Source of the DNA: the human T2T-CHM13v2.0 reference genome, Homo sapiens
Assembly (NCBI RefSeq): GCF_009914755.1
Contig: NC_060943.1
Reading direction: 5' to 3' (one strand)
DNA length: 64,000 nucleotides
Shown: piece after piece, positions 42,481-58,994 of the stretch
How positions within the stretch are numbered: the first letter of the stretch is position 1
How the letters are laid out: each line of letters opens with the position of its first letter
The notes under the pieces: generated by a model
The model's input: the letters and a program-made list of their open reading frames with translations, nothing else
Database searches by the model: none
What the model was told of the DNA's origin: nothing
Made by a program: the position numbers and the translations under genes

Positions 42481-43894
42481 CTGTTTTTATTTAAAAAGAA
42501 AAAGGAGAGCATGGAGTATATTTTGGTATATTTTATGCCATTCTATAAGTGGTACTGGAGTCCCACAAGGAGAGGAAATAGAATGGGCCTGTATGACTTT
42601 GGGCATGCTACTCATATTCTTAGCTTCATGTCTTCTTTTGTAAATGGAGGTGTAATCATAATATACCTATTGGTTTGTGGGGTGGATTAAATGAGATAAC
42701 ATTTCAAGCACTAGGCCCAATATCTAGCACATGGTAAGTACATTAGATGAAAGCTGCAGGATTATTATCACAGTCGTCTTCAAAATTAGAATGTGAAAGA
42801 GAAAAGCATGAAGAGCAAAGTTACAGGTGAGTCTGACAGATACTAAAGAGCCCTTAGTAATTTTATGTTAACTATTCTTGCTGTAGAAAATATCTTTAAA
42901 AGCAAAAAGAAAAAAAAAAAGAAAACTTCAAGGACTGAGGAGGAGATTAAGAGAACAGTTTTATAGATAAATTAGTTTCTTAGTAATTCCTGAGGTGTGT
43001 ATTTGCAACACAAGGAAATGGATTTGTGTTTGTGTCTCTGTGCGGGTGAGGAAGAGAGACAGAAAAATAGAGCCATGGACAAAGACCAAGAGAGACTGAT
43101 TGATTGGATGTTCTTAGAGGAGACATTATCATTGTTGAAGATAAATGCCAAAGCCCTGCCAAGGTGCACATATTCATAAAGAAGTAGAAGGGGCTGATTG
43201 TGCGTGAATCTGCTTAAGAAAGGGAAAGGAGTGAAGGAACATGATTTCAGGACTAGCCCGGTAATTAGAACTGCAGTGAGCTAATTAAGGCTCATAAATT
43301 TAATGAAACTATTAGCATTTTCTCTTGCAAGAAAAGGTATATGTTTTCTCTCAGGAAATGACACCTGTGAACAATTATCTCTCATTTCTATTAAGATTAT
43401 TTACATAAGTTTTGCTCATTTGGCACTCACTGCTGTTAATTATTATTTTTTATTTTTTACAACACCTGATATCACACTAGATTCACTCTGTAGGAAGGTG
43501 CTTTGGGGGTTACTGATAATTAATAGTTTAGCACAAATAGACAAGACCATTGTTAGGGGACCTGCTGTACTGTTACTGTGCTGTCTTTGTGGGCAGCCTT
43601 TTTGTTTAATAGAAAATGTTTCAGAATCTTTGAATATCTGTAAGAGCCTGGTAGATTATGAAAATTATGAACACAACCTTTCCTAGGCCATCATGTAACT
43701 CAATGGTTTCTTCAGTGAGAACTTCCTGAGTACCTACTGTATGCCAGAGGAAGAGGTGAGAAAAGGGCGTGAGGATAGGTTTATGATATAAACATGAATT
43801 CAAAATATCCTATTATTGCACTGAATTGAAATGGATATGATGACCTCTAAGGGAAAGCCAAGGGTGTATCATTTAGGAAATTTCAAATTGCAAG

Positions 43895-44476
43895 TGTAAA
43901 CCAAAAGTATCTGAGATAAGTCTTCATTTAGAAAGTTTATTTTGCCAATGTTAAGGACACACCATGACACACAGCCTCAGAAGGTCCTGATGACATGTAC
44001 CCAAGGTGGTCGGGGTGCAGCTTAGCTTTATACACTTTATGGAGACACGAGACATCAGTCAGTACATGTAAGATGTACACTGGTTGAGTCCAGAAAGGTG
44101 GGACAACTCAAAGTGGGGGGCTCCCAGGTCATAGGTAGATTTAGAGATTTTTCTGATTGACAGAAAGAGTTACTGTCAATAGAAAGGAGTGTCTGAGTTA
44201 CAGTAAGGGACTGTGGAGTCCAAGGTTTTATCATGCAGATGAAGCCTCTAGGTAGCAGGCTTCAGAGAAAGTAGATTGTAAATGTTTCTTATCAGACTTA
44301 AAGAGTCTGTTCTATCCATAATTCCCAAAGTACGGAGGGTGTAATGAAGCATGTCTAGTTCCCCCTTCCCATCATGGCCTGAACTAGCTTTTCAGGTTAA
44401 CTTCAGAATGCCTTTGGCCGAAAGAGGGGTCCATTCAGGTGGTTGGGGGGCCTTAGAATTTTATGTTTGATTTACA
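43895..44476 (-). mobile_element. MER4-family ERV1 solo LTR
   Basis: tgtaaaccaaaa...tttaca termini; 4 bp TSD caag. Confidence 0.88.
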
Positions 44477-44589
44477 CAAGTTTCGGAAAACCTAACCCAA
44501 GTTGTCTTACATAAAGGGAATGTTTTAGCACATTTAACTTTTTTAGGCCTTTAGGTAAGGCTTAATCTGATATCCTAGTAATTAGATTT

Positions 44590-45870
44590 ATTCAATTAAT
44601 ATTTGTTGAGACCTAAAAGGCCTTGGGAATACATTAGTGTCTAAGACATTCCATATTCTCATTGAGCTTACATTTTAGTAGAGGATACAGACAACAGATA
44701 AAAAAATAACAGAAAACATCCAAATGTTTTAAGAGAAATGAAAGTGCTATGATAGAGTATGAGTGGGTGGCTCCTTGGGTTTGGGTGCTCAGAAAGCCTT
44801 CTTGGAGGAGATGTTTAGGCTAAAATTTCAATGACTACACCCAGAAGAATCACGCTATACTAAGATTGGAGGGAAGAAGGCTCCAGGCTGCTGAGCCAGT
44901 ATCACAAAGTCCTGGGCAGAAAGGAGCTTGGTGCGCCTGTCAGATGCAGCACACAGGAGAGGAGAGAGTAGGAGAAGGATGCAGAAGGCAGACCACACAT
45001 GCCACCATGAAGAAGTTGAATTTGTTCCCAGATGTGATTCAAAAATGGAGGATTTTGAGCAGGGTAGTGACATTATCTCATTTGTGTTTCAAACAGCATG
45101 TCTGTGAATACTGTATTTTTCTATTGCTGCCATATCAAGTGACCAAAAACATGCAGCTTAAAACATCACAAACGTGGTCTCCAGTTTTGTAATCAGAAGT
45201 CCAGGTAGAGCAGGAAGTGACTGTGTCCTCTGCACAGAATCCAGGAAGATGAAACCTAGGCTTCCTTCTGGAAGCTCCAGGGATGAGTCTGTTTCCAGGC
45301 TCATTCAGTTGAAGAACCAGGGTTCTCATTTCTTGGCTGGCTCTCAGCTAGGGACCACCCTTAGCTCCTCAAGAGGTTCTTGCTCCATAGCCCTCTACAT
45401 CTCAAGACCACCAGCAGGGTGTCAAGCTTCACACTGCCACATTCCTTCTGTCTCTTCTCTGCCGCATCTTCTTGACTTCAGCTGGGAAAGAGTCTCCACT
45501 TTTAAGGACTGGTGTGTGTTAGATTGGAACCACCAGATAATAGAAGATAATCTCCCTCATCTCAAGGTTCATAATTGTCATCACATTTGCAAAGGCCCTT
45601 TGGCCAAGGAGCATGACATATTCACAGGTCCTAGAGATTAGGAAGTGGACATTTCCTAGAAATTAGGAAGTGGACATTTCAGAGCAGGGTGGCATTAATC
45701 AGCCAACCACAGATGCTGGGTGGAAATCAGATGTGTGGGTGAGGTATGCGATCAGAAGCAGGGAGACCAGAGATCAGGAAATTTCGGTAGTCCAAGTGCA
45801 ACGTTATGGTGTTTGGGAACAGAATAGTAGGTAGGGGTAGAGAAAGGAGGTAGGGCTGACAGGACTTGCT
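44590..45870 (-). mobile_element. L2 fragment interrupted by an MLT1 LTR (~45110-45710)
   Basis: L2 motifs (ttcaattaatatttgttgag; gagcttacattttagt; ttttgagcagggtagtgacatt); MLT1 motifs (cttaaaacatcacaaa; gataatctccctcatctcaagg). Confidence 0.65.
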
Positions 45871-45877
45871 GGTATTG

Positions 45878-46710
45878 TAACAACGTAAGTGGAACCGGAG
45901 ATCATTATGTTAAGTGAACTAAGCCAGGCACAGAAAGACAGACATCACATGTTCTCACTTACTTGTGAGAGCTAAAAATTAAAATAAGTGAACTCATGGA
46001 GATAGTAGAAGGATGGTTACCCAAGGCTGGGAAGAGTAGTTGGGGAGTGGAGGGGAAGTGGATGGTTAATGAGTACCAAAATCATGAGTAACACCTAGTG
46101 TTTGCTAGCACAACAGTGCAACTGTAGTCAAAAATAATTGAATTGTACATTTTAATTGTGCATTTAATTGTACATACTAAAAGTATAATTGGAATGTTTG
46201 TAAGACAAAGGTGTATTATTCTGTTCTCACGCTGCTAATAAAGACATACCTGAGACTGGGAAATTTATAAAGAAAAAGGTTCAGTGGACTCATAGTTCCA
46301 CGTGGCTGGGGAGGCTTCACAATCACAGCGGAACATTAAAGAAGAGCAAAGGCATGTTTTCCATGGCGGCAGAGAAGAGAGCTCGTGCAGGGGAATTCCC
46401 ATTTATGAAACCATCAGATCTCGTGAGACTTACTACCACAAGAACGGTATGGGAGAAACCACCCCCAGGATTCAATTATCTCCACCTGGCCCCACCCTTG
46501 ACACATGGGGATTATTACAGTTCAAGGTGAGATTTGGGTGGGGACACAGCTATACCATATCAAAAGGATAAATTCTTGAGGTGCCAGATAACGCCATTTA
46601 CTCTGATATAATTATGCATTGCATGGCGGAATCAAAAGATCTCATGTAACCCATGAATATATATACCTACTACATACCCACAAAAATTAAAAATAAATTT
46701 AAAAAAAAGA
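45878..46710 (+). mobile_element. L1MA-like 3' end interrupted by THE1
   Basis: cattatgttaagtgaa.taagccaggcacagaaagaca; ends cccacaaaaattaaaaataaa. Confidence 0.85.
46212..46562 (-). mobile_element. THE1 solo LTR
   Basis: tgtatta...ccatatca; 5 bp TSD aaagg. Confidence 0.92.
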
Positions 46711-46879
46711 CTTGCTGGCAGATTAGACATTAGGAATAAGAGAAAGACTATGAGGAACAACAAATTTTTTTCTTGGCTTGCATAACTTGGTGTATAATGG
46801 TGCCTTTTCTTGATTTCTCTTTTTTTTAATGAACCTAACATTATGAACATAAAAGGATGCCTTTTCTTGAGATGGAGAA

Positions 46880-47220
46880 GAGTATGTGGTATTGGTGTTC
46901 AACAAATACTCTGGTTCTCCCCTCTTCTCGGCCCCTTTTCGCCTACGTGGGGCCTTATGACTTGTTCTTGACAATGAGATATGTCATTTCTGGGTCACAA
47001 CATTCAACTTCCCTTGCAAAATCCTCCAGAACTCTCTCCCCAGTGGTGGCTGCTGCTGTGTCCATCTGGGTCCTGGAATAAGGATGGTGAGGAGCAGAGA
47101 TTTCTCGCCAACTTGCATTCAAGTTGTACTGTAAGAAATAAACCTGTGTTGTTTTAAGTCACTGAGATTTGGGGGTTGTTTGTTATTGCCCCACAGCTTC
47201 ACCTATTCTGACCTGACATA
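46880..47220 (+). mobile_element. MLT1-type LTR fragment
   Basis: agaaataaacctgtgttgttttaagtcactgagatttggggg..tgtttgtta. Confidence 0.65.
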
Positions 47221-47752
47221 CTGGGGGAGGAGCAGGAAAAAAGAATTGTGAATTGGCCATGTGAAGTTTAAGGTGCTTTTTCAGTGGTGTTCCAGGTCTC
47301 AGGCCTCTCTGCCCACTGCACTGCTGTGCCGTGAGGAGTGTAAACATATTCCACCCCATTCTTGCAGACCCGCTCCTGGTTCTAGAATAGCCGCCCACTG
47401 CTCTCAAGGTCTGTATGTTTCCTGGTCCAAGTTCAGAGCGGGGAAAGTGTACCTCCAAGATAGCTCAAAGGGCCAGTACTGGAGCCTTTTTGACCTGGCT
47501 TGGTTCATGTGCCCATCGTAGAGCCAACCACTGTGACCAGGGGCATGGGTTCAGTAGATGACTTGGACCAGTCAGTTTCTATCTCTGGAGTTGGAATGTG
47601 GAAACAATCACACGTAAATCACCTGGCTAGGAAAGCCAGAGTACTACTGGGAAGGGAGATGCTGGGAATACATGTCCAGTACAAGGAAAAAGACATCTTC
47701 AGGTTCCTGCAGCAAATCTGGCACTGCCCTTGGCACTTTGTGTGGTCTTACC

Positions 47753-48713
47753 TGTAGGGTCCAGCCCTACGGGGCTTAGCGGGTGTTCTCCCCGTGTGCG
47801 GAGACGAGAGATTGTAGAAAAGTAAAGACACAAGACAAAGAGTTAAAGAGAAAACAGCTGGGTCCAGGGGACCACTACCACCAAGACGCGGAGACCGGTA
47901 GTGGCCCTGAATGGCTGGGCGCGCTGATATTTATTGCATAGAAGACAAGGGGGCAGTGTAAGGAGGGTGAGTCGTCCAAGTGATTGATAAGGTCAAGCAA
48001 CTCACCTGATCATGGGACGGGGCCCTTCCCTTTTAGGTAGCCAAAGCAGAGAGGGAAGGCAGCGTACGTCAGCGTTTTCTTCTATTTACTTGTAAGAAAG
48101 ATCAAAGTCTGTAAGACTTTCACTGTTTCTTCTACTCCTGTCTACTAAGAACTTCAAAGAGGAACCAGGAGTATGGGAGGAACATGAAAGTGGACAAGCA
48201 GCGTGACCACTGAAGCACAGCACCACAGAGAGGAGTTTATGCAGCCGGATGACTGTGGGAGGGCCTGGATAATATCTAGCCTCCCACAAGAAGCTTGTGG
48301 AGCAGAGTGTTCCCTGACTCTAAGGAAAGGAGACTCCCTTTCACGTTCTGCAAAGTAACAGGTGCCTTCCCAGGCACTGGCGTTACCGCTTGACCAAGGA
48401 GCCCTCAAGCGGCCCTTATGCGGGCATGACAGAGGGCTCACCTCTTGCCTTCCAGGTCACTTCTCACAATGTCCCTTCAGCACCTGACGCTATACCCACC
48501 GGTTATTCCTTGGTTATATTAGTAATACAACAAAGAGTAATATTAAAAGCTAATGATTAATAATGTCTATACTACTGATTGATAATGTCCATGATCATCT
48601 CTATAGCTAATTTGTATTACAACTATTCTTATTCTAACTATTTTATTTATTATACTGAAACAGTTTGTGCCTTCAGTCTCTTGCCTCAGCACCTAGGTAA
48701 TCCTTCACCCACA
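47753..48713 (-). mobile_element. LTR13A-like ERV2 (HERV-K group) solo LTR, 961 bp
   Basis: TG...CA termini; perfect 6 bp TSD cttacc; reverse complement starts tgtgggtgaaggattacctaggtgctgaggcaagagac. Confidence 0.88.
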
Positions 48714-48955
48714 CTTACCAGTATTCCCATCCTTCAGGGAACCATTGCAAACACTGATAATGTGGCTAGAATTGACAAGAATGTCTCCCATGTAACCTTT
48801 AACCACCGTCAGATTTATTTTGACAAACATTTTTCCCATACAAGCAATGAAAATAATAAGTAACTTTTTTTTTTTTTGCCAGTGCCTCAACTACAGTAAT
48901 TAGCCATGTAGAGAGGTGCCTAAAGACCCTACAGTCAGCTCATTTGTGTCAGGTA

Positions 48956-49500
48956 TGTTACCTTTGAAACCATGCCCCAAAGAGTTAACTAAAACCAATG
49001 ACTGACTGAAATTCTTGAGCTTGCAAGATGGCAGATAAGAAGAAAAACAATTTGCTGAAACGCTGAAACTCCCTCCACTTGTAAGATAACAAAACTGGCA
49101 GAAATCAGTTGGACCAATATTGCCAATTGCAATCTGCACTGAAGGAGCTTGTGGACATCACAGCCTACGTTTCCACTGTACATTTCTTACTAACTCACCG
49201 CAGACTTGTACATGAGACCCGTGAGGGGGCATGGAGAGATAACTGCAGTTAAAGTCCTGTGCAAGGACTTTCCAGACCTCCCCCTTCGTTCCACCAATCT
49301 CCTGCTAATCCCAGAACCCAGCCACTAAACCTTTTCTAATAAAAGTACGGCCTAAAAGCCAGCACAGAGTCAGATTTGAGCTGAACACCTGTCTCCCTGT
49401 TGGTCGACCCATAACAGAAAGCTTTTCTTTAGTCAGAAATAATGGTGTCATCATATTGGCTTCTAGCGCATAGAGCAGCCAGCCCTTCTGCTCAGTAACA
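48956..49500 (+). mobile_element. ERV1 MER4-group solo LTR
   Basis: tgttacc...gtaaca inverted termini; AATAAA at ~49338; ends cccttctgctcagtaaca. Confidence 0.7.
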
Positions 49501-50649
49501 CCTTCCTTGCCCACATCCTCTTATTAGAGAGCTAGCTGAGACCACATTCATGACCCCTGCCCACAGCCAGCTGCCCATGTTTGTCTTACCCAGGGTGAAC
49601 CATCATTCTTCTCTGTGTATTTGGAAATGTGATTCAGAGATTCTAATTGGTCTCCAGTGGCAACTTGAATCGTGAAGACATGAGGCTAGAGCAGCTATGT
49701 GCACACTAAGAAGACAGCCAGCCTGCAGCCTGCCATGAAGCAAACACGAACAGTAGCCATGAGAGGCCAGGTGCCCCCAAGGAGGCAGGCAGAGGAAACC
49801 TGGGGTGTGGACTCCCAGGGCCCACGTGTAAGTCCCTCCCAAGGCTCACCCTCATTCATTGTTCCTGGGTTTCATGAAGCTCCTGGTTACCTTTCAGACG
49901 AATGACTTCTCTGACCTGGGCTAAGGCAAGAACACCTTCCTTATAACTAAGTCGTCCCCAATGAAGACCCTAAAGAATTCTCATGAGTCTGCTTTTCTTG
50001 AGGCAGACACCTTTTTTGTAATGCTCTTTCATAACACCAATTCCAAACAGTTAAAATGGTACTTCTCACCCTGAATTCTGGTTAATTACATATGCTTCTG
50101 CCCTTCTCACAGTGCTTTGAAATTCTTGAAGGCAGAAACTTTTTTTTCCCCACCTTTAAATCCCCAGTGGATTCTTGGAGTGAGTGTGTATCAAGGGTTT
50201 GTGGCCCTGGATTCTGCAGGTGAGGTCAGGGTCAGATGACAGTGATACTCAGTGAACTATAATTAGTGTCTTCCTTCCAAGGAGAGAAACAGAATGAGAG
50301 CGTGGACTGTGATGCCTGGCGAGATAACTTCCCTGCCTACTACTTTTCAAAGAAACTGACCTACCTATACATCCCCAAAAGAATATATGAATATGAAAAC
50401 TCCACTAAAAATATCCAGGCATTCAAGTCAACAGCCAAAAAAAAGGCAGGGGGAATAGTGACAGAATACAAAGATAGAACGTGTCCACTTAAAAACAATG
50501 TCTACCATGTCAGTGTCAGGTGCAGTGCTCTGATATTTATTGGTAGACCAAATATAATTTTGCTGTTCAGATCTTCAATATGTATAGAATTATTTCTGTG
50601 TTTCTTTCTTCTGTTAGAGGTTGAGAGGCGTTTGACTCTCCCACTGTGA

Positions 50650-50973
<324 letters not shown>

Positions 50974-51233
50974 CTCAGTTTAGTCCTGTTAATTTGCTTT
51001 ATATATTTTGAAACTGTGCAGTTGGGTACATCAGTATTTAGAATTGCTAACATTTGCAGGGGGACTGTTCTCTTTAAACATCTATGAAATGCCCACTTAA
51101 TTTCTAAGCAGTGCTTCTGAGCTAATTTTGTTCAATACCAATGTAGTCTACCAGTTGGTATATATATATTTGTGACCTTCTTCTTTGAACCTTTCTGTAT
51201 TCCTGTATTTATGATATGCTTTTATATAGTTAG

Positions 51234-51569
<336 letters not shown>

Positions 51570-51584
51570 TAATAAAAGTCTTTA

Positions 51585-51888
<304 letters not shown>

Positions 51889-52480
51889 GTTTTTAGTCTG
51901 TTTAGAATTTAATTTAATCACTGACAGATACATTGGAGTCTACATACACTGTCTCACTATTAGTTTTCTATTTGACCTGTTTTATATTCAGTTCACCCCT
52001 CTGTAAGCTTACATACTCTTTAATATTTTTTTCTGATTTTATGTTGAAATGGTGTCGAATTTATAGAAAAGTTATAAGAATTATAAAAAGAACCCAGATT
52101 CACTGATTTTTAACATATGACCATATTGGCTTTATCATTCTCTCAGCAGACTGATAGTTACAGGAAAACGTTTATTATTATTTCTTCTGAATTATTTAGG
52201 TATATGCTGCATATATCATACCACTATGCCCTTAATTTTTCAGTGATTATTTCCTAAGAATAAGGGTATTCCTTTATATAACCACAATTATTTTACCAAA
52301 TTTAGGAACTTTAACATCAACATGTAATAATCTATAGATCTAATGATGTAATCTAATGATATATATCTAATTTATAATATATATTCTAATGTAGTTAATT
52401 GCCCACAAAATGTTTATTATAGCAATTATTTTTCCAGTAGAGAATCCATTTTGGAATTGCATTTAGTTGTCAAATCTTTT

Positions 52481-52743
52481 TTTTTTTTTTTTTTTTTGAG
52501 ACAGAGTCTTCTGTCGCCCAGGCTGGAGTGCAGTGGCACGATCTTGGCTAACTGCAACCTCTTCCTGAGTTCAAGCAATTCTCCTGCCTCAGCCTCCCGA
52601 GTAACTGGGATAGCAGGCACGCATCACCACTCACCCCTGTAATTCCAGCACTTTGGGAGGCCAAGGCGGGCGGACCAGTTGAGGTCAGCAGTTCGAGACC
52701 AGCCTGGCCAACATGGTGAAATCCCTCTCTACTAAAAATACAA
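52481..52743 (-). mobile_element. Alu with inverted 5' half
   Basis: Right arm on - strand (52481-52630) fused to left arm on + strand (52631-52743), inside one TSD caa(a/g)tctttt. Confidence 0.85.
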
Positions 52744-52879
52744 GTCTTTTAAGTCTCCCTTAATCTGGAACAGTTCCTCAACCTTTCTTTGTCTTTCCTG
52801 AAATTTGTATATTTGAAGAATACAGACCAGTTATTGTATAGAATCTGCTACATTCCCGACTGGACTGCTACATAAATGA

Positions 52880-53276
<397 letters not shown>

Positions 53277-53496
53277 TAATCGTGGTTGTTACTCTTGTGA
53301 AATAGAGTTGAGTTTATTGGTTTCAGTTGGCATTTAGAGTTTTTCCCCATGTATACTGATCTAATTTTATTTATTTATTTTTACTATTTAGGACATTAAC
53401 ATCATGTAAGAGTGAAAACAATGAAAAAGACTCAAAGAATGTTGCTCCTTCCTCATTCCTGCTATCTCATCCTGCTCCTCTTGTACAGAATCCCTT

Positions 53497-53806
<310 letters not shown>

Positions 53807-53934
53807 TGATTTACCCATTCTTTGTTTCTTTTTGCAAAAATCCGCTGATATGCATGTTTTATTATTTTTTTATTATATTATTTTCCATTTTTCTTTACAC
53901 AAAATGAATATATTCTTTTGCACTTTTTACTTTT

Positions 53935-54720
53935 TGATAATATAATTATATATTATATAACTTATATAGTTATATATAATCATATGTAACATATATGATT
54001 ATATCATATATGACATATGAATATATAATCATATATAACATATAAATCATATGTAACATGATTATATAAATAATATATAACATGATTTATTTAATATGTA
54101 ACATACAGTTATATATAATCATGTAATTATACTATAATTATAATCATAATATGTTATACCATAATATATATATTATATATGTAACAATATAGTATAATTA
54201 AATTATTATATCTTACATACTATGCAATAACATACTATAGTATATAACTATAATATATAGTATAGTATAGTATATAGTATAGTATGTTATACCATTATAT
54301 ATATATTATATATGTAACATAATATAGTAGAGTTAAATTATTATATCTTACATACTATAACATATATAGTATACACTATACTATAACATATACAGTATAG
54401 ACTATACTATAACATATATAGTATAGACTATAACATATATAGTATATAACTATACTATATAGTATAGTATAGTATATAGTATAGTATATAGTATAGTATG
54501 TTATACCATAATATATATATTATATATGTAACATAATATAGTATAGTTAAATTATTATAATATATCTTACATACTATACTATAACATATATAGTATATAA
54601 CTATACTATATAGTATAGTATAACATATATAGTATATAACTATACTATATAGTATAGTATAGTTATATAGTATATAACTATACTATAACATAATATAGTA
54701 TAGTTAAATTATTATATATT
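53935..54720. repeat. AT-rich low-complexity minisatellite (TA/TATAG units with higher-order repeats)
   Basis: ~790 bp, overwhelmingly A/T; block tgttatacca..atatatattatatatgtaaca..atatagt...aaattattata recurs near 54150, 54285 and 54500. Confidence 0.92.
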
Positions 54721-55501
54721 AGCATTCCATGTGGGTCCATAAATACACTGTTGTACAGATGTTATGCCCATTAACAATTATTGATATGATTGATCTCAAT
54801 GCTCTCACATTGTTCTAATTACAGCGTGTATTATATTTACCCTGTTTCTCTATATGATGTATAAGTATCTCACATTCTACAATTATTTTTTATATTTTGG
54901 AAGCCTCATATTTTGTTTCACTGATTACCTTATTTATACCTTTGATGTTCTTCATTCAGCATAAACAAGAAAGCTCATCTGTTATCTACTCAACAATCAT
55001 CGGTCATAGTCTACTTTTCTCCTTCTCCATTCTGCTCCAATTTTTAGTTGCATTCTTTCCACTTTGTCAGAAAATATTCCGTTTACATACTATTTCTCCA
55101 CCATGTCTCCACTTGTTGTAAGTGTCTCATAATTACCTGAAGTGATAGAGCATCACTTCTAGGTACTTTGTATTAAAGATGGATCTTTATTATAAACTCA
55201 CAGCCTCTCTCTGTCCCTCTCCCTGCCTTTCTCTTTTTCTCTCGGCATTTGTGCATGAAATATATATTAAACAAAGTACAGCTGCACAATTAAAAAGAAA
55301 GAAAAAAGAAACAACATATGGGATAAATGGAAAAGAAAGAGCAACATAGAACATCTAGAATTAAACTTATCAATAATTATATTAAATGCAATGATCAAAA
55401 CTACGATTAAAAGGCAGATATCATCACATTGGATACAAAGCAAAACTTTAAAGAAGCACACTTTGAATAAAAAGGCATGGGCAGGTTTAAAATAAGTAGG
55501 T

Positions 55502-56900
<1,399 letters not shown>

Positions 56901-56949
56901 AATAGATGAAAACAGACACTAATCCATTCCCCATCTAACACTAACATAA

Positions 56950-58070
56950 TCTCTCCCACTAACACTAATCACAAAAATCTGCAGTGGCTATATGAATGTC
57001 AGCAGAGTGGATTTAGCAATAATAATTATTACCAGGGATAAAGAGGGATATTTCACGATAATAAATGAGTCAGTTTATCAGAACAACAATCCTACATTTA
57101 GTTGACCCTGACAAATTTTTGTTTCATTTATATTAAAGCTTTGATACTTTGATTCTAATTTAACATAATTGAAAGGATAGATTAACCCACAAATACAGGT
57201 AAAGATCACAATACCCTTCTCATTAATTGATTAAACAAGTACAATATTTAGGACTATTCTACCCAACAAGATCAGAATTCACATTTTTTTAGGTTCATAC
57301 ATTCAACATTCAACAGCATACACCACAGAAGAGGCTATAAAATGTTTCAGTAAATTTACAGGGATTGAAGTCATGCAAAGTATGTCCTCTAACAACAGTG
57401 GAATTGCATTGGAAGTCAATAACAGACAGATATCTGGAAAGCCCTTCAAATATTTGGAAATTAACCAACAGACTTTTGAATAATCCATGGACCAAAAAAA
57501 GAAAGCAAAAGAGAAATTAAAAAATATTTTGAGCTGAATAAAAAAGAGCACACAACATATCAAAATAGGTGAGATGAAGCTAAAGCAGTATACAGAGGAA
57601 AATGCATAGCTTTAAGTGCTTATTTAGAAAAGAAGAAAAGTTAGAAATCAATGACCTAAGCGTACACCCTAAAAAACTCAATAAAAAGAGCAAAGTAACA
57701 AAAGGACGTGACAAAGATCCGAGAAGAAATCAATAAAATAGAAGACAGGAAAATAATAGAGAAAAATTAATAAAATTTAAACCAGAGTTATGAAAAAATC
57801 AGTAATACTGATAAAATTCTTTTCCTTTTTTTTTCTTTTTTACCCGAGGATATCATCCTCTACTGGTACAAATAAGATGAGGGGGCAAAAGATTTTCAAT
57901 TACATGATGTCGTTCTCAAATTACAGGCAACATTCTAACTAGACTGATTAATAAAAAGAGAAGACACAAGTTATCAGTATCAGGGACATCACTACTGATC
58001 CTATAAACACTAAAATAAAAAGAGAATATTATGAACAGCCTTATGGCAATAAATTTCACAACTTAGATTA
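56950..58070 (+). mobile_element. Old L1 ORF2 endonuclease-region fragment
   Basis: gattgaagtcatgcaaagtatg...; gaagctaaagcagt..agaggaaaatgcatagc. Confidence 0.8.
57821..57928 (-). other. Short orphan poly(A)-tailed insertion in L1
   Basis: ~21 nt T-tract plus 87 nt unrecognised body, flanked by aa(a/c)attct; L1 sequence resumes after it. Confidence 0.65.
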
Positions 58071-58075
58071 AATAG

Positions 58076-58388
<313 letters not shown>

Positions 58389-58566
58389 AATGGACATTAT
58401 TTCTTGAAAAATACAAATTGCCAAACTGGCTTAAGAAAAAATATAACATTTAAATAGCTTTATACATCTTAAAGCAATGATTACTTAGCATGTATCAGAA
58501 TCAACTGGAGTTTGCCCAGTTCCAGAATTTGATTTTGTTAGTCTGGGGTAGGGCATAAAAGTTTTT

Positions 58567-58939
<373 letters not shown>

Positions 58940-58994
58940 CTATTCATTTAATGTTTATATTTTTACTTTTGTTGTTTCTAAGGTTTTTTTTCCT

